The position numbers were made by a program, and so were the translations under genes. Under the pieces are notes generated by a model. The model saw only the letters and a program-made list of their open reading frames with translations, had not been told where the DNA came from and searched no databases. A stretch of 64,000 nt of DNA from Moraxellaceae bacterium. GTDB taxonomy: Bacteria; Pseudomonadota; Gammaproteobacteria; Burkholderiales; Rhodocyclaceae. This document shows, piece by piece, positions 30,502 to 40,457 of this stretch; position 1 is the first letter of the stretch, and every line of letters begins with the position of its first letter. The stretch is taken from NCBI GenBank assembly GCA_031119205.1, contig JAVHYF010000010.1:49371-113370 (forward strand), read 5' to 3'.

Positions 30502-30729
30502 TCAGATCAAGAAGCCTGCATCTACCGGCGGTCACCGCCTGCTGCGATACAGCATTCTACCTATGCCGGTGGTCGCGGAGGGTCGCAGATGTTGCCTGCA
30601 TCGATTGTTCATCCTTTCCTACACGCGATCGCGACGACGCTGATGTGAGCGGTGCGACGTGCTCGCTAGAGTAACCGTGACGGTCTTGCAAGTGGCTGTC
30701 GATTCCCAAACTCTGCAAGGAGAGAAACC

Positions 30730-31065
30730 ATGAGAACCCCTTCTCATCGCATCCTCACTGGCGCTGTTGCCGGCGCTTTCATCCTCGCCCAGTCCGTGGC
30801 CTTCGCTGCGGGTGGTTTCAAGCCGATCAGCCAGGATCAGGCTGAAGCGATCCAGGGCGGTCAGTCCAAGGAAGAGGTCATTGCCGCTCTGGGACAGCCC
30901 GAGTACGTCCAGAACCTGCGTGTCGTCGACGGTGGTCAGTCCTTGGTATACGAAGTGATGCCCGAAGCGAACATTGCGGGTCAGGAAAGCAAGCTCTACG
31001 TCGATATCGACGCAGCTGGCCAGGTCGTCAACTCCACGATCATGGTTACGGATGACACCGAATAA
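30730..31065 (+). CDS. Exported protein with SmpA/BamE-like motif, no lipobox
   Basis: SD AAGGAG, signal peptide ending VAFA, IQGGQSKEEVIAALGQP. Confidence 0.6.
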   Translation: MRTPSHRILTGAVAGAFILAQSVAFAAGGFKPISQDQAEAIQGGQSKEEVIAALGQPEYVQNLRVVDGGQSLVYEVMPEANIAGQESKLYVDIDAAGQVVNSTIMVTDDTE

Positions 31066-31103
31066 GTCGTGCTGGTGCCATCACGCATCGAGAACTCGCC
31101 CCG

Positions 31104-33800
31104 TCAAGGGGCTCTCTCCTGCAGGGCGAGTTCTCCAAGCCATACCGACTTGTCCTCCGTATCCCGTCTGGTCTTGAAGCCAAGGGCTTCGACGAACCGC
31201 AGCATCCGTTCATTGCTTGCCAGGAATACGCCCTTCATCGTCACCAAGCCTCGTTCGCGAGCGCTCTCGATGATCAGCGCCATCAACTGGCGGCCCAGGC
31301 CACTGTGCTGGTATTCGTCAGCAACGACGATGGCGAATTCACAACTGTCACCATCCGGATTGGTCGCGTAGCGCGACACGCCGATCTGGAATTCCCTCCC
31401 GTTGCGTTCGATCGTCGCCACGAAGGCCATCTCGCGGTCGTAATCGATCTGCGTCAGCTTGGCGAGCAGGCTTTGCGGCAGCTCACGCAGTGCGTTCATG
31501 AAGCGGAAGTACTTGGTCTCCGGCGATAGCCGCCGTACGAACTCCTGCTCCAGTTCGGCGTCCTCCGGTTTCAGCGGTCGCAACAGCACAGGGCTGCCGT
31601 CGCGCAGGCGAGCGTGGCGCACCATGTTGGCCGGGTAAGGGTGGATGGCCATGTGGTCGTAGCGGCCTGCCTGCTTAGGCACGCTGCCGATCTCGATCCG
31701 CGCGTCGATCACGATTGCCTCGATATCGTCTACGAGCAGAGGATTAAGCTCGACGGCACGCACCCAGGGGAGTTCGCAAACGATCTCCGACACGTTCTCC
31801 AGCAAATCCTCCACTGCTTTGACGTTGGCGGCGGGCAGGCCATCGAGTGCCTGCATGCGGCGGGCGGCGCGGGTCTGGTAGAGCAGGTCGTTGGCCAGGA
31901 AGGCGTTGAGCGGTGGCAGCCCCACTGCGCGGTCCGGCCAGTACTGCGGATCGAGACTGCGTTCACCAACACCGATCACCGGACCGAACACCGGGTCGCG
32001 CCACACCCGCAGCATCAGCTGGCGTACGTTCAAGGAATGTTTGGTGGACTCCACCACGATGCCGTCGTGCAAGGCCTCGGGCATACTGCGTGTGATATCC
32101 GCGTTCATCTCCGCCCACGCCAGGCTGACTGCCACCGCGCTGTGCAGGTTGTGGCGCGGCCGGACCGCATTCGAACCCAGCACGGGCAGGGGCGCGTTCG
32201 GGCGTAGTGTGACCGGGAAGCCGAGGGCAGCAGCCACCGTTTCTGCCTCATCGGCATGATGAGCCAGGTGCATGGGCACCGTGGGAATGTGGAAGGCGGC
32301 CAGCAAGGCCATCGACTCCAGCCGCGTCAGCGTCGTGCGACGGGCCTTCAGCGCAGTGTCGATGATCAGGCGCGCGGCCTCCAGCAGCGGCGGCCGCTCT
32401 TCCACGATGGGGGCGGCGACCTGCGTCAGCAACTGCTGGTTGCGGTAGTAGGCGCTTAGATTGGAGAACAGCTCCACCGCATTTTCCGGCGTGCGCAACG
32501 ACGGAATGCCGGCGGTCTGCAGCAGGTCGCGTGCTGTGCGGGCCTGTTCGTCACCCAGCCAGCAGGTAAGGATCGGCTTCTCGGTATGGCGGGCCAGTGC
32601 GATCACGCGCTCAGCTACTTCGACGGGACGTGTCATGGCCTGCGGGCTGAGCAGGCACAGCACGCCGTCCACACCGCTGTCGGTCAGCAGTTCGGCCAGC
32701 GCCTGCGCATAGCGTTCAGGGTCGGAGTCGCCGACCAGGTCCACCGGGTTGTCGCGCGACCATTCCGGCGGAAGGATGCGGTCCAGCCGCACCAGGGTTT
32801 CGGTCGACAGGTCGGCCAGCGGAATGCCGAGATCGCCCGCGCAATCCGCTGCCAGCACCCCGGGGCCGCCACCATTCGTGACGATGGCCAGGCGGTTGCC
32901 ACGCGGGCGGAAATGCGCGAACAGTGCCTTGCTGGCGGCATACAGCTGCGACAGGTTCTCCAGGCGGATCACCCCTGCGCGGCGAAGGGCAGCGTCGAAC
33001 ACCGCGTCGTCACCACCGGTCACCCGCGTGTGCGACTGCGCGGCCCGCAGGCCTACGGGATGTCGACCACTCTTCAGCACCATCACCGGCTTGGCACGGG
33101 CGGCTGCACGCAAGGCTGACAGGAAGCGGCGTGCATCGCGCACGCCCTCGATGTAGAGCAGGATGGACTCGCAGCGGCTGTCCCACACCATGTAGTCCAG
33201 CACCTCGCCGAAGTCGATGTCGCTGGCGACGCCCAGCGCGACGATGCTGGAGAAGCCCACCTGGTTGGGGCGGGCGTAGTCGAGGATGGCCGCACACAGC
33301 GCGCCGGACTGCGAAATGAAGCCGATGCTGCCGGGCAGCGGCTTGCCCAGCGCGAAGGTGGCGTTGAGTCCCAGAGCAGGGCGGGCCAGCCCCAGGCTGT
33401 TGGGGCCCAGCAGGCGCAGGCCGTGGCGCTTGGCATTGCGCACGGTCTCCATTTCCAGCTGGGCACCCGCGGCGCCCGTCTCGCCGAAGCCGGCCGACAG
33501 CACGACCGCTGCCTTGACGCCGGCCTTGCCGCACTCGGTGACGATGTCCGGCACGGTGCGGGCTGGTGTGGCGATGATGGCCAGATCCACCGGGCGGGGC
33601 ACGTCGCCGATGCGCCGACGACAGGTGATCCCCAGCACCGTGCGATGCTTGGGATTGACCGCATGCAGCGCCCCCTGGAAGCCGGCATCCAGCATGTTCT
33701 GCACCAGCACCCTGCCGAGCGCACCCTCACGCTCGGTGGCGCCGATGATCGCCACGCTGCGGGGTTCGAACAGTGATGAGAGGTAGTGCTTTTCGTCCAT
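31104..33800 (-). CDS. pat: Acyl-CoA synthetase-like/GNAT fusion, Pat/PatZ-type protein lysine acetyltransferase
   Basis: CoA-binding domain (FEPRSVAIIGA, RLLGPNSLG, SQSGAL, NPVDL), ATP-grasp-like region, C-terminal GNAT (TQIDYDREMAF, YQHSGLG). Confidence 0.88.
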   Translation of the reverse strand: MDEKHYLSSLFEPRSVAIIGATEREGALGRVLVQNMLDAGFQGALHAVNPKHRTVLGITCRRRIGDVPRPVDLAIIATPARTVPDIVTECGKAGVKAAVVLSAGFGETGAAGAQLEMETVRNAKRHGLRLLGPNSLGLARPALGLNATFALGKPLPGSIGFISQSGALCAAILDYARPNQVGFSSIVALGVASDIDFGEVLDYMVWDSRCESILLYIEGVRDARRFLSALRAAARAKPVMVLKSGRHPVGLRAAQSHTRVTGGDDAVFDAALRRAGVIRLENLSQLYAASKALFAHFRPRGNRLAIVTNGGGPGVLAADCAGDLGIPLADLSTETLVRLDRILPPEWSRDNPVDLVGDSDPERYAQALAELLTDSGVDGVLCLLSPQAMTRPVEVAERVIALARHTEKPILTCWLGDEQARTARDLLQTAGIPSLRTPENAVELFSNLSAYYRNQQLLTQVAAPIVEERPPLLEAARLIIDTALKARRTTLTRLESMALLAAFHIPTVPMHLAHHADEAETVAAALGFPVTLRPNAPLPVLGSNAVRPRHNLHSAVAVSLAWAEMNADITRSMPEALHDGIVVESTKHSLNVRQLMLRVWRDPVFGPVIGVGERSLDPQYWPDRAVGLPPLNAFLANDLLYQTRAARRMQALDGLPAANVKAVEDLLENVSEIVCELPWVRAVELNPLLVDDIEAIVIDARIEIGSVPKQAGRYDHMAIHPYPANMVRHARLRDGSPVLLRPLKPEDAELEQEFVRRLSPETKYFRFMNALRELPQSLLAKLTQIDYDREMAFVATIERNGREFQIGVSRYATNPDGDSCEFAIVVADEYQHSGLGRQLMALIIESARERGLVTMKGVFLASNERMLRFVEALGFKTRRDTEDKSVWLGELALQERAP

Positions 33801-34060
33801 GTCGCCTGCGCAAACCCGGTCAGCCTTCCCATCCTGCCGACCGCAGCTTGCAGGCTGCTGACCGGCACCTTGCGCACAGTGTAGCGACCGGCGGGCCCGA
33901 GGTTTTGCCGTGGGTCGACTTTCCGCCGTTCAGGGCGATACCGGACGGATCATGGTTCAGCGCAACAGCACATGCAAATCAATGTTTCCTGAACCATTCC
34001 GCGCAGAGGCTGGCGGCTGCTTGCCGGCAGCGTGTAATCTGACCGGTCAAGGAGCCCGCC

Positions 34061-34831
34061 ATGACCTCGATTTCCGGCCAGCCCGCTGGCAAAGACGACT
34101 TTTCCACCCTCGCGCAGGGCTACGTCCTGTTCCGCCCGCGCTATCCGCAATCGCTGTACGACTACCTGCTCGCCTGGGTGCCACATCGCCGATTGGCGTG
34201 GGACGCTGGCTGCGGTAGCGGCCAGGCCACGCTGGACCTGGCGGGGCGCTTCGAGCGCGTGATCGGCAGCGATTTTTCCGCCGCACAGATCGCCGCCGCG
34301 CCGCCTTGCCAGAAGGTCGAGTGGCGCGTGGCGCCTGCGGAGCAGAGCGGGCTGGACACCGAGAGCGTGGACCTCATCACCTGCGCGCAGTCCCTGCACT
34401 GGTTTCCGCTGGAGGCTTTCTACGCCGAGGCGCGCCGCGTGCTGGTGCCCGGTGGTGTGATTGCGGCGTGGACCTATGGCGTGGTGGAGATGGACGATCC
34501 GGAGATCGACGTCCTCGTGCAGCGTTTCCGCACCGAGACGCTTGGCGGCCTGTGGAACCCGGAACGCCGCCATGTCGACACCCAGTACCGCGAACTCTCC
34601 TTCCCCTTCGAGGAAATCCAGGTGCCGCCCTACACGCTGAGCGTGAACTGGACGCTCGCGCAGTTGATGGGTTACCTGCGCAGCTGGTCGGCCACCGGCC
34701 GCTACGTCGGCATGTACAACACCGACCCGGTGGAAGCTCTGGCCCGTGAACTGCTGCCGTTGTGGGGGCACCCGCAGGAAGCGCGTGGCGTCAGCTGGCC
34801 GCTGACGGCGCGGATCGGGCGGAAAGTCTGA
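34061..34831 (+). CDS. Class I SAM-dependent methyltransferase
   Basis: AWDAGCGSGQA, VDLITCAQSLHWF, LMGYLRSWSA. Confidence 0.9.
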   Translation: MTSISGQPAGKDDFSTLAQGYVLFRPRYPQSLYDYLLAWVPHRRLAWDAGCGSGQATLDLAGRFERVIGSDFSAAQIAAAPPCQKVEWRVAPAEQSGLDTESVDLITCAQSLHWFPLEAFYAEARRVLVPGGVIAAWTYGVVEMDDPEIDVLVQRFRTETLGGLWNPERRHVDTQYRELSFPFEEIQVPPYTLSVNWTLAQLMGYLRSWSATGRYVGMYNTDPVEALARELLPLWGHPQEARGVSWPLTARIGRKV

Positions 34832-34854
34832 TGTACCACCGGGGCTGAAAATGG

Positions 34855-34947
34855 TGTTGGGCTTCGCTTCGCTCAACCCAACCTACCGACTTCTGTGTGA
34901 TGCCTCGCTGTGGACGTAGGTTGGGTTGAGCGAAGCGAAGCCCGACA
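34855..34947. repeat. Inverted pair of GTAG-type REP elements
   Basis: 34855-34886 is the reverse complement (1 mismatch) of GTAGGTTGGGTTGAGCGAAGCGAAGCCCGACA at 34916-34947. Confidence 0.85.
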
Positions 34948-35052
34948 CTTTCCGCACTCGCAATCTTCCGGCACCGCGCGTGGGATGGGATGACACGCAG
35001 CCTGAGCGGTAAAATCGCGCGCTTCGCTTGCCGCGCCATCCCGGCTGTTCCC

Positions 35053-38000
35053 GTGCCTGATCTGCCCGATCTACTCAATCTCGTCCTTTCCGCCGACCGT
35101 CCCCGCCTGCGTCGCCAGTTGCGTGAGCTGAAGCGGCCGGCGCGTGCGCTGACTGATCTTCCTGACGCTTTGCGCGAGAAGTTCGAGCGCTCCATCGCGG
35201 CCCGCGCGACGCGCCGCGAGAACCTGCCCAAGCCCACCTTTCCGGACGAGCTGCCGGTCAACCAGCGGCGAGCTGAGATTGCCGACGCGATCCGCCAGCA
35301 CCAGGTGGTCATCGTCTGTGGCGAGACCGGCTCCGGCAAGACCACCCAACTGCCCAAGATCTGTCTGGCACTCGGCCGTGGTGAGACCGGCCTGATCGGC
35401 CACACCCAGCCGAGGCGGCTTGCCGCGCGCGCCACCGCCACCCGCATCGCGGAAGAGCTGAAGAGCGAGCTGGGCACGACTGTCGGTTTCAAGATCCGCT
35501 TCACGGATCACACCAGCGCGCAGAGCTACATCAAGCTTATGACCGACGGCATCCTGCTGGCCGAGACCCAGGGTGATCCGCTGCTGGCGGCCTACGACAC
35601 GCTGATCATCGACGAGGCGCACGAGCGCAGCCTCAACATCGACTTCCTGCTCGGCTACCTGCGCACGCTGCTGCCGAAGCGGCCGGACATGAAGGTCATC
35701 ATCACCTCGGCGACGCTGGATGCGGAGCGCTTCGCGAAGCACTTCGGTACGCCGGAGAAGCCTGCGCCAGTCATCGAGGTATCCGGTCGTTTGTATCCGA
35801 TCGAGATGCGCTATCGGCCGATCGAGGATGAGGATGCTTCACGGGATGCCGCGCAGAAGTCCGCGGCTGACCGACGCCTGCAACGCCGCGACGACCGCAG
35901 CGACGCGCGTCGCGCACAGTCCGCCAAGAAGGAACTGAACGACGCCATCGCCGATGCCGTGGCCGAGTTGCAGCGCGAAGGCCCTGGCGATGTGCTGGTC
36001 TTCCTGCCGGGCGAGCGTGAGATCCGTGAGGCGGCGGAGGCGCTGCGCAAGGATCATCCGCAGGGCGCGGAAATCCTGCCGCTGTTCGCACGCCAGTCGG
36101 CGCAGGAGCAGGCGCGCGTGTTCGGCCGCAGCAGCGGTCGCCGCGTGGTACTGGCCACCAACGTGGCCGAGACCTCGCTCACCGTGCCGGGCATCCGCTA
36201 CGTGGTGGACACCGGCCTCGCGCGCCTCAACCGTTACTCCCATCGCAACAAGGTGGAGTTGCTGCAGATCGAGAAGATCGCGCAGAGTGCGGCACGTCAG
36301 CGCGCCGGCCGTTGCGGCCGCGTGCAGGACGGCGTGTGCATCCGCCTGTACGGCGAGGACGACTTCAACGCACGGCTGTCGCACACCGAGCCCGAGATCC
36401 TGCGTTCCTCGCTGGCCGGCGTCATCCTGCGCATGAAGGGCCTGCGCCTCGGTGCGGTGGAGGACTTCCCCTTCATCGATGCGCCCAGCCCGCGGATGAT
36501 CAACGACGGCTACCAGTTGCTGCAGGAACTGGGCGCGGTCGATGACGACAACGAGCTGACTGACGTCGGCCGCGAACTGGCCAAGCTGCCGCTGGACCCG
36601 AAGATCGGCCGCATGATCCTCGCTGCGCGTGAGCGCGGCTGCGTGCGTGAGGTGCTGGTCATCGCCGCTGCGCTGTCCACGCAGGACCCGCGCGAACGTC
36701 CGCCCGAGCAACCCGGCACCGCCGACCAGGCGCACGCGAAGTTCCGCCTCGCACTGGAAGAGAAAGGCGAGCCGCGCAGCGAGTTCCTGTGGTTCTGGAA
36801 CCTGTGGCAGGAGTTCGACAAGGTCTGGAAACACGAGAGCTCCAGCAAGCAGAAGGCCTGGTGCAAGCAGCACTTCCTGTCCTGGCTGCGCCTGCGCGAA
36901 TGGCGTGACGTGCATGGGCAACTGCATGCGCTGTGCGCCGAGCACGGCTGGAAGGAGAACGACAAGCCGGCCAGCTACGAGGACATCCACAAGGCGCTGT
37001 TGTCCGGCCTGCTGGGCCACATCGGCCTGAAGATCGAGGATGCGACCGGGCCGAACGTCGGGGCTTTCCAGGGCGCGCGCGGCATCAAGTTCTGGCCGCA
37101 TCCCGGCAGCTACATGAGCAAGCGCGTCGGCAAGTGGCTGATGGCGGCGGAGCTGATCGATACCACGCGCCTGTATGCGCGCTGCATCGCGAAAATCGAG
37201 CCCGAGTGGCTGGAGGAAGTCGGCGCACACATGCTGCGCAAGAGCGTGTACGAGCCGCACTGGGAGAAGGGTAAGGGCGCCGTGCGCGCCTGGGAGCGCG
37301 CGGTTCTGCACGGCATCACCCTGTATGCGCGGCGGGCCTGCGCCTACGACCACATCGACCCGGCGATGTGCCGCGAGCTGTTCATCCGCGACGGCCTGGT
37401 GCAGGGCGAGATCGAGGAGTCCTCCGCGAAGGGCATGCCTTTCTTCCAGCACAACCGCCGGTTGATCGCCGAGATCGAGCGCCTGGAGCAGAAGATGCGC
37501 CGGCCCGACCTGCTGGTGGACGAGCATCTGATCTACGCCTTCTACGACGCGCAGATTCCGGCGGACGTGACGGACCTGCGTGCTTTCGAGGCCTGGCGCA
37601 AACAGACCGAGCGTGCGAACGGCAAGACGCTGCATCTCGAACGCGAACAGCTGATGCGCCACGAGGCCGCTGGCGTGAACAGCGAGAACTTCCCCGGCAC
37701 GCTGGAAGTGATGGGGCAGAAGTTGAAGCTCAGCTACGTGCACGAGCCTGCCGCGCCGGATGACGGCGTGACGCTGGCCGTGCCGCTGGCGATGCTCAAC
37801 CAGGTGAGCGCCAATCGCTGCGAATGGCTGGTGCCTGGTTTGCTGGAAGAGAAGGTCACCGCGCTGCTGAAAACCGTGCCGCAGAAGCATCGCCACCGCC
37901 TGCAACCCATCGGTGAGAGTTCGCGTGCCTTCCTCGCAGAAGTGGAAGAGGGCCAGCACAACCGCGACGAACCGCTGCTGAAATGCCTGCAGCACTTCGT

Positions 38001-39210
38001 CGAGAACCGCGTGTCGCTGAAGCTGGAGTTGGCTGCCTTCCGCCTGGAGAACATCAACCCGCACTGCTTCATGAACTTCCGCGTCATCGACGAGCATGGC
38101 CGCGTGATGATGCAGTCGCGCAATCTGCCGGAGCTGCGCGTCAAGCTGAAGGAACAGGTAGCCGCTGCGTTCCGCAATGCGCAGGTGGAAGGTTCGATGG
38201 GCGCGCAACTGGCGGCGCTGAATGTCGCTGGCCGCGCTGCACCGTCAGCCGATGACGCACCGGTCGCAGGCGCGCCGGCTGGCAAAGCGAGCGAGGTGGT
38301 TCAACGGGCCCAACCGGCGGCATCGAAAGAGAAGACGGTCAGCGAAGCACCTACTCAACTCAACGGCATCACCAACTGGAGCTTCGGCGAACTGCCCGAG
38401 CTGCTGGAAGTGAAGGTCGGCAATCGCAATCTGATCGGCTTCCCGGCCCTGCATGACGATGGCGATTCGGTAAGCCTGCGTCCCTTCGACACCGAAGAGG
38501 AAGCCGCGAAGGTGCATCGCAAGGGCCTCGCGCGGCTGTTCGCGCTGGCGCTGAAGGATCAGCTCAAGTCCATCGAGAAGCTGCCCGGCCTGCGCGAGCT
38601 GGCCCTGCAGTTCATTCCCTTCGGTACCGAGGCCGAACTGAAGGCGCAGCTCGTCGAAGCCACGCTGGGCCGCACCTGCCTGCTCGACCCGCTGCCCAAG
38701 GACGCCGCCGCGTTCACGCAGCGCGCCCAGGACGCCAAGCCGCGCATGAGCCTGGTGGCGCAGGAGCTGATGCGACTCGCCGGCCAGTTGATGACCGAAT
38801 ACGCCAGCCTGCAGAAACGTCTGACCGGCCTGAAGACCTTCCCGGATGCGGTCGCGGATATCCAGGCCCACACCGGCAAGCTGATGCCGAAGAACTTCCT
38901 CGTCGCGCATCCCTACGAGCGCCTGACCCACTTCACGCGCTACCTCAAGGGCGCTGGCGTGCGCCTCGACAAACTCCGCAACAACGTCGAACGCGACGCG
39001 CAACTGATGAGCGAGTGGAAGTCGCTGGCCCAGCCCTGGGAGCGCGAATGGATCGCCAAGCAGAAGGCCGGCGTGCATGACGAATCGCTGGAGGAATTCC
39101 GCTGGATGCTGGAGGAGCTACGCATCGGCCTGTTCGCGCAAGAACTGAAGACGCCGATGCCGGTGAGCGTCAAGCGGTTGCAGAAGATCTGGGAAAGCCG
39201 TCCGCGCTAG
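35053..39210 (+). CDS. hrpA: ATP-dependent RNA helicase HrpA
   Basis: GETGSGKTTQ, DEAH, SAT, QRAGRCGR, DUF3418-type tail ending RWMLEELRIGLFAQEL; GTG start at 35053 inferred. Confidence 0.95.
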   Translation: MPDLPDLLNLVLSADRPRLRRQLRELKRPARALTDLPDALREKFERSIAARATRRENLPKPTFPDELPVNQRRAEIADAIRQHQVVIVCGETGSGKTTQLPKICLALGRGETGLIGHTQPRRLAARATATRIAEELKSELGTTVGFKIRFTDHTSAQSYIKLMTDGILLAETQGDPLLAAYDTLIIDEAHERSLNIDFLLGYLRTLLPKRPDMKVIITSATLDAERFAKHFGTPEKPAPVIEVSGRLYPIEMRYRPIEDEDASRDAAQKSAADRRLQRRDDRSDARRAQSAKKELNDAIADAVAELQREGPGDVLVFLPGEREIREAAEALRKDHPQGAEILPLFARQSAQEQARVFGRSSGRRVVLATNVAETSLTVPGIRYVVDTGLARLNRYSHRNKVELLQIEKIAQSAARQRAGRCGRVQDGVCIRLYGEDDFNARLSHTEPEILRSSLAGVILRMKGLRLGAVEDFPFIDAPSPRMINDGYQLLQELGAVDDDNELTDVGRELAKLPLDPKIGRMILAARERGCVREVLVIAAALSTQDPRERPPEQPGTADQAHAKFRLALEEKGEPRSEFLWFWNLWQEFDKVWKHESSSKQKAWCKQHFLSWLRLREWRDVHGQLHALCAEHGWKENDKPASYEDIHKALLSGLLGHIGLKIEDATGPNVGAFQGARGIKFWPHPGSYMSKRVGKWLMAAELIDTTRLYARCIAKIEPEWLEEVGAHMLRKSVYEPHWEKGKGAVRAWERAVLHGITLYARRACAYDHIDPAMCRELFIRDGLVQGEIEESSAKGMPFFQHNRRLIAEIERLEQKMRRPDLLVDEHLIYAFYDAQIPADVTDLRAFEAWRKQTERANGKTLHLEREQLMRHEAAGVNSENFPGTLEVMGQKLKLSYVHEPAAPDDGVTLAVPLAMLNQVSANRCEWLVPGLLEEKVTALLKTVPQKHRHRLQPIGESSRAFLAEVEEGQHNRDEPLLKCLQHFVENRVSLKLELAAFRLENINPHCFMNFRVIDEHGRVMMQSRNLPELRVKLKEQVAAAFRNAQVEGSMGAQLAALNVAGRAAPSADDAPVAGAPAGKASEVVQRAQPAASKEKTVSEAPTQLNGITNWSFGELPELLEVKVGNRNLIGFPALHDDGDSVSLRPFDTEEEAAKVHRKGLARLFALALKDQLKSIEKLPGLRELALQFIPFGTEAELKAQLVEATLGRTCLLDPLPKDAAAFTQRAQDAKPRMSLVAQELMRLAGQLMTEYASLQKRLTGLKTFPDAVADIQAHTGKLMPKNFLVAHPYERLTHFTRYLKGAGVRLDKLRNNVERDAQLMSEWKSLAQPWEREWIAKQKAGVHDESLEEFRWMLEELRIGLFAQELKTPMPVSVKRLQKIWESRPR

Positions 39211-39320
39211 GACGCGTGCATTCGTCGGCCCGCTGGAGTGCCGGGCCAGCCTCCCTCATGAAGCTGTGCTAGCGTCGCGGCGCAGGCCGACGATGGCCGC
39301 ACAACAGGGAGCGACAAAGA

Positions 39321-40175
39321 ATGGATAACCGTGGAAAGCTGCTGGGCATCGTGATGTTGCTGGTGCTGGGCCTCGTACTGCTGATCGGCACGGCAGGCAC
39401 CATCGGCACCGGCAACGTCGGCATCCGCCAGACGCTGGGAATCATCTCGCAGGACGAAGTCACGCCCGGCGTGTACCTCAAGTGGCCGTTGATCTCCACG
39501 GTGCGCGAATTCACCGCCAAGGAGGTGGTGATCGACCTGCAGGACCTGACGCCGAAGGCCAAGGACAACCTCAGCCTGCGCGACATGGACATCAGCATCT
39601 ATTACAGGGCGGACGAAGGGCAGATCGCCGAGCTGCAATCGAAGTATTCCGGCCAGTCGCAGTACGACCCGGAGACGAAGCAGTGGTTGCCGGCCTTCGG
39701 CCTGCTGCATCGCGTGGTGCGTAACGCTGCCTACGAGGAAGTCGCCAAGGTGGACTCGCTGGTCATGCATACGCGCCGCGATTCGATTGCCGGCGCCATC
39801 CGTGACAACGTGCAGGCCGAGCTTGAGAAGAACGACCCCAAGGTCTTCCAGGTGACCCGCGTGGTGATCCGTTCGGTGGCGACCGACCCGTCGATCGAGG
39901 AATCGATCCGCAATGCCGTGGCCAACCAGAAGAAGCTGGAGGCGATGACGATCCAGACCGAGATCGCCAAGAAGGAATCCGAGATCCGCGTCACGGAGGC
40001 CGAAGGCATCTCGCGTGCCAACAAGATCATCGCCGACAGCCTGACGCGTGAATACCTGCAGCACGAGGCCAACCAGGCCCTGCTGAAGTTCGCGGAGAAG
40101 GGCAACACCAACACCGTGGTGGTGCCGGCCAACATGAGCGTGGCGCCGTTGCTCAACATTCCGTCCAAGCATTGA
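39321..40175 (+). CDS. SPFH/Band 7 domain membrane protein
   Basis: N-terminal TM, GNVGIRQTLG, VRNAAYEEVA, coiled-coil tail EIAKKESEIRVTEAEG; SD CAGGGAG. Confidence 0.85.
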   Translation: MDNRGKLLGIVMLLVLGLVLLIGTAGTIGTGNVGIRQTLGIISQDEVTPGVYLKWPLISTVREFTAKEVVIDLQDLTPKAKDNLSLRDMDISIYYRADEGQIAELQSKYSGQSQYDPETKQWLPAFGLLHRVVRNAAYEEVAKVDSLVMHTRRDSIAGAIRDNVQAELEKNDPKVFQVTRVVIRSVATDPSIEESIRNAVANQKKLEAMTIQTEIAKKESEIRVTEAEGISRANKIIADSLTREYLQHEANQALLKFAEKGNTNTVVVPANMSVAPLLNIPSKH

Positions 40176-40215
40176 CCAGCGCGAAGGATCGGTCTGCTTT
40201 TGGGGTAGAATGCAC

Positions 40216-40316
40216 GGCGGCGGGTCTCCCCGCATTGCAGCGTGGGAATCTGGTCAGGTCCGGAAGGAAGCAGCCATAACCACTCACTGTAAGTGCCGGG
40301 GGTCAGGCTCGCCGCC
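40216..40316 (+). ncRNA. ffs: Signal recognition particle RNA (4.5S)
   Basis: Conserved domain IV GGTCAGGTCCGGAAGGAAGCAGCC; ends pair (GGCGGCGGG/CTCGCCGCC); TAGAAT at 40206-40211. Confidence 0.95.
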
Positions 40317-40324
40317 TCGAACAA

Positions 40325-40350
40325 AAAACGCAGCCCTCGGGCTGCGTTTT
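40325..40350 (+). terminator. Intrinsic terminator after ffs
   Basis: AAAACGCAGCCC-TC-GGGCTGCGTTTT. Confidence 0.75.
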
Positions 40351-40457
40351 GCTTTTGCGCAGCCTTGGGCTGCGTTCCGTTTTCCGGCCCGCGTTTGCTG
40401 ATGGAGAACTTCTGCAAGCACCGGGTCGCGTCACCGTTGCATCGAAGGAGTTACCGC

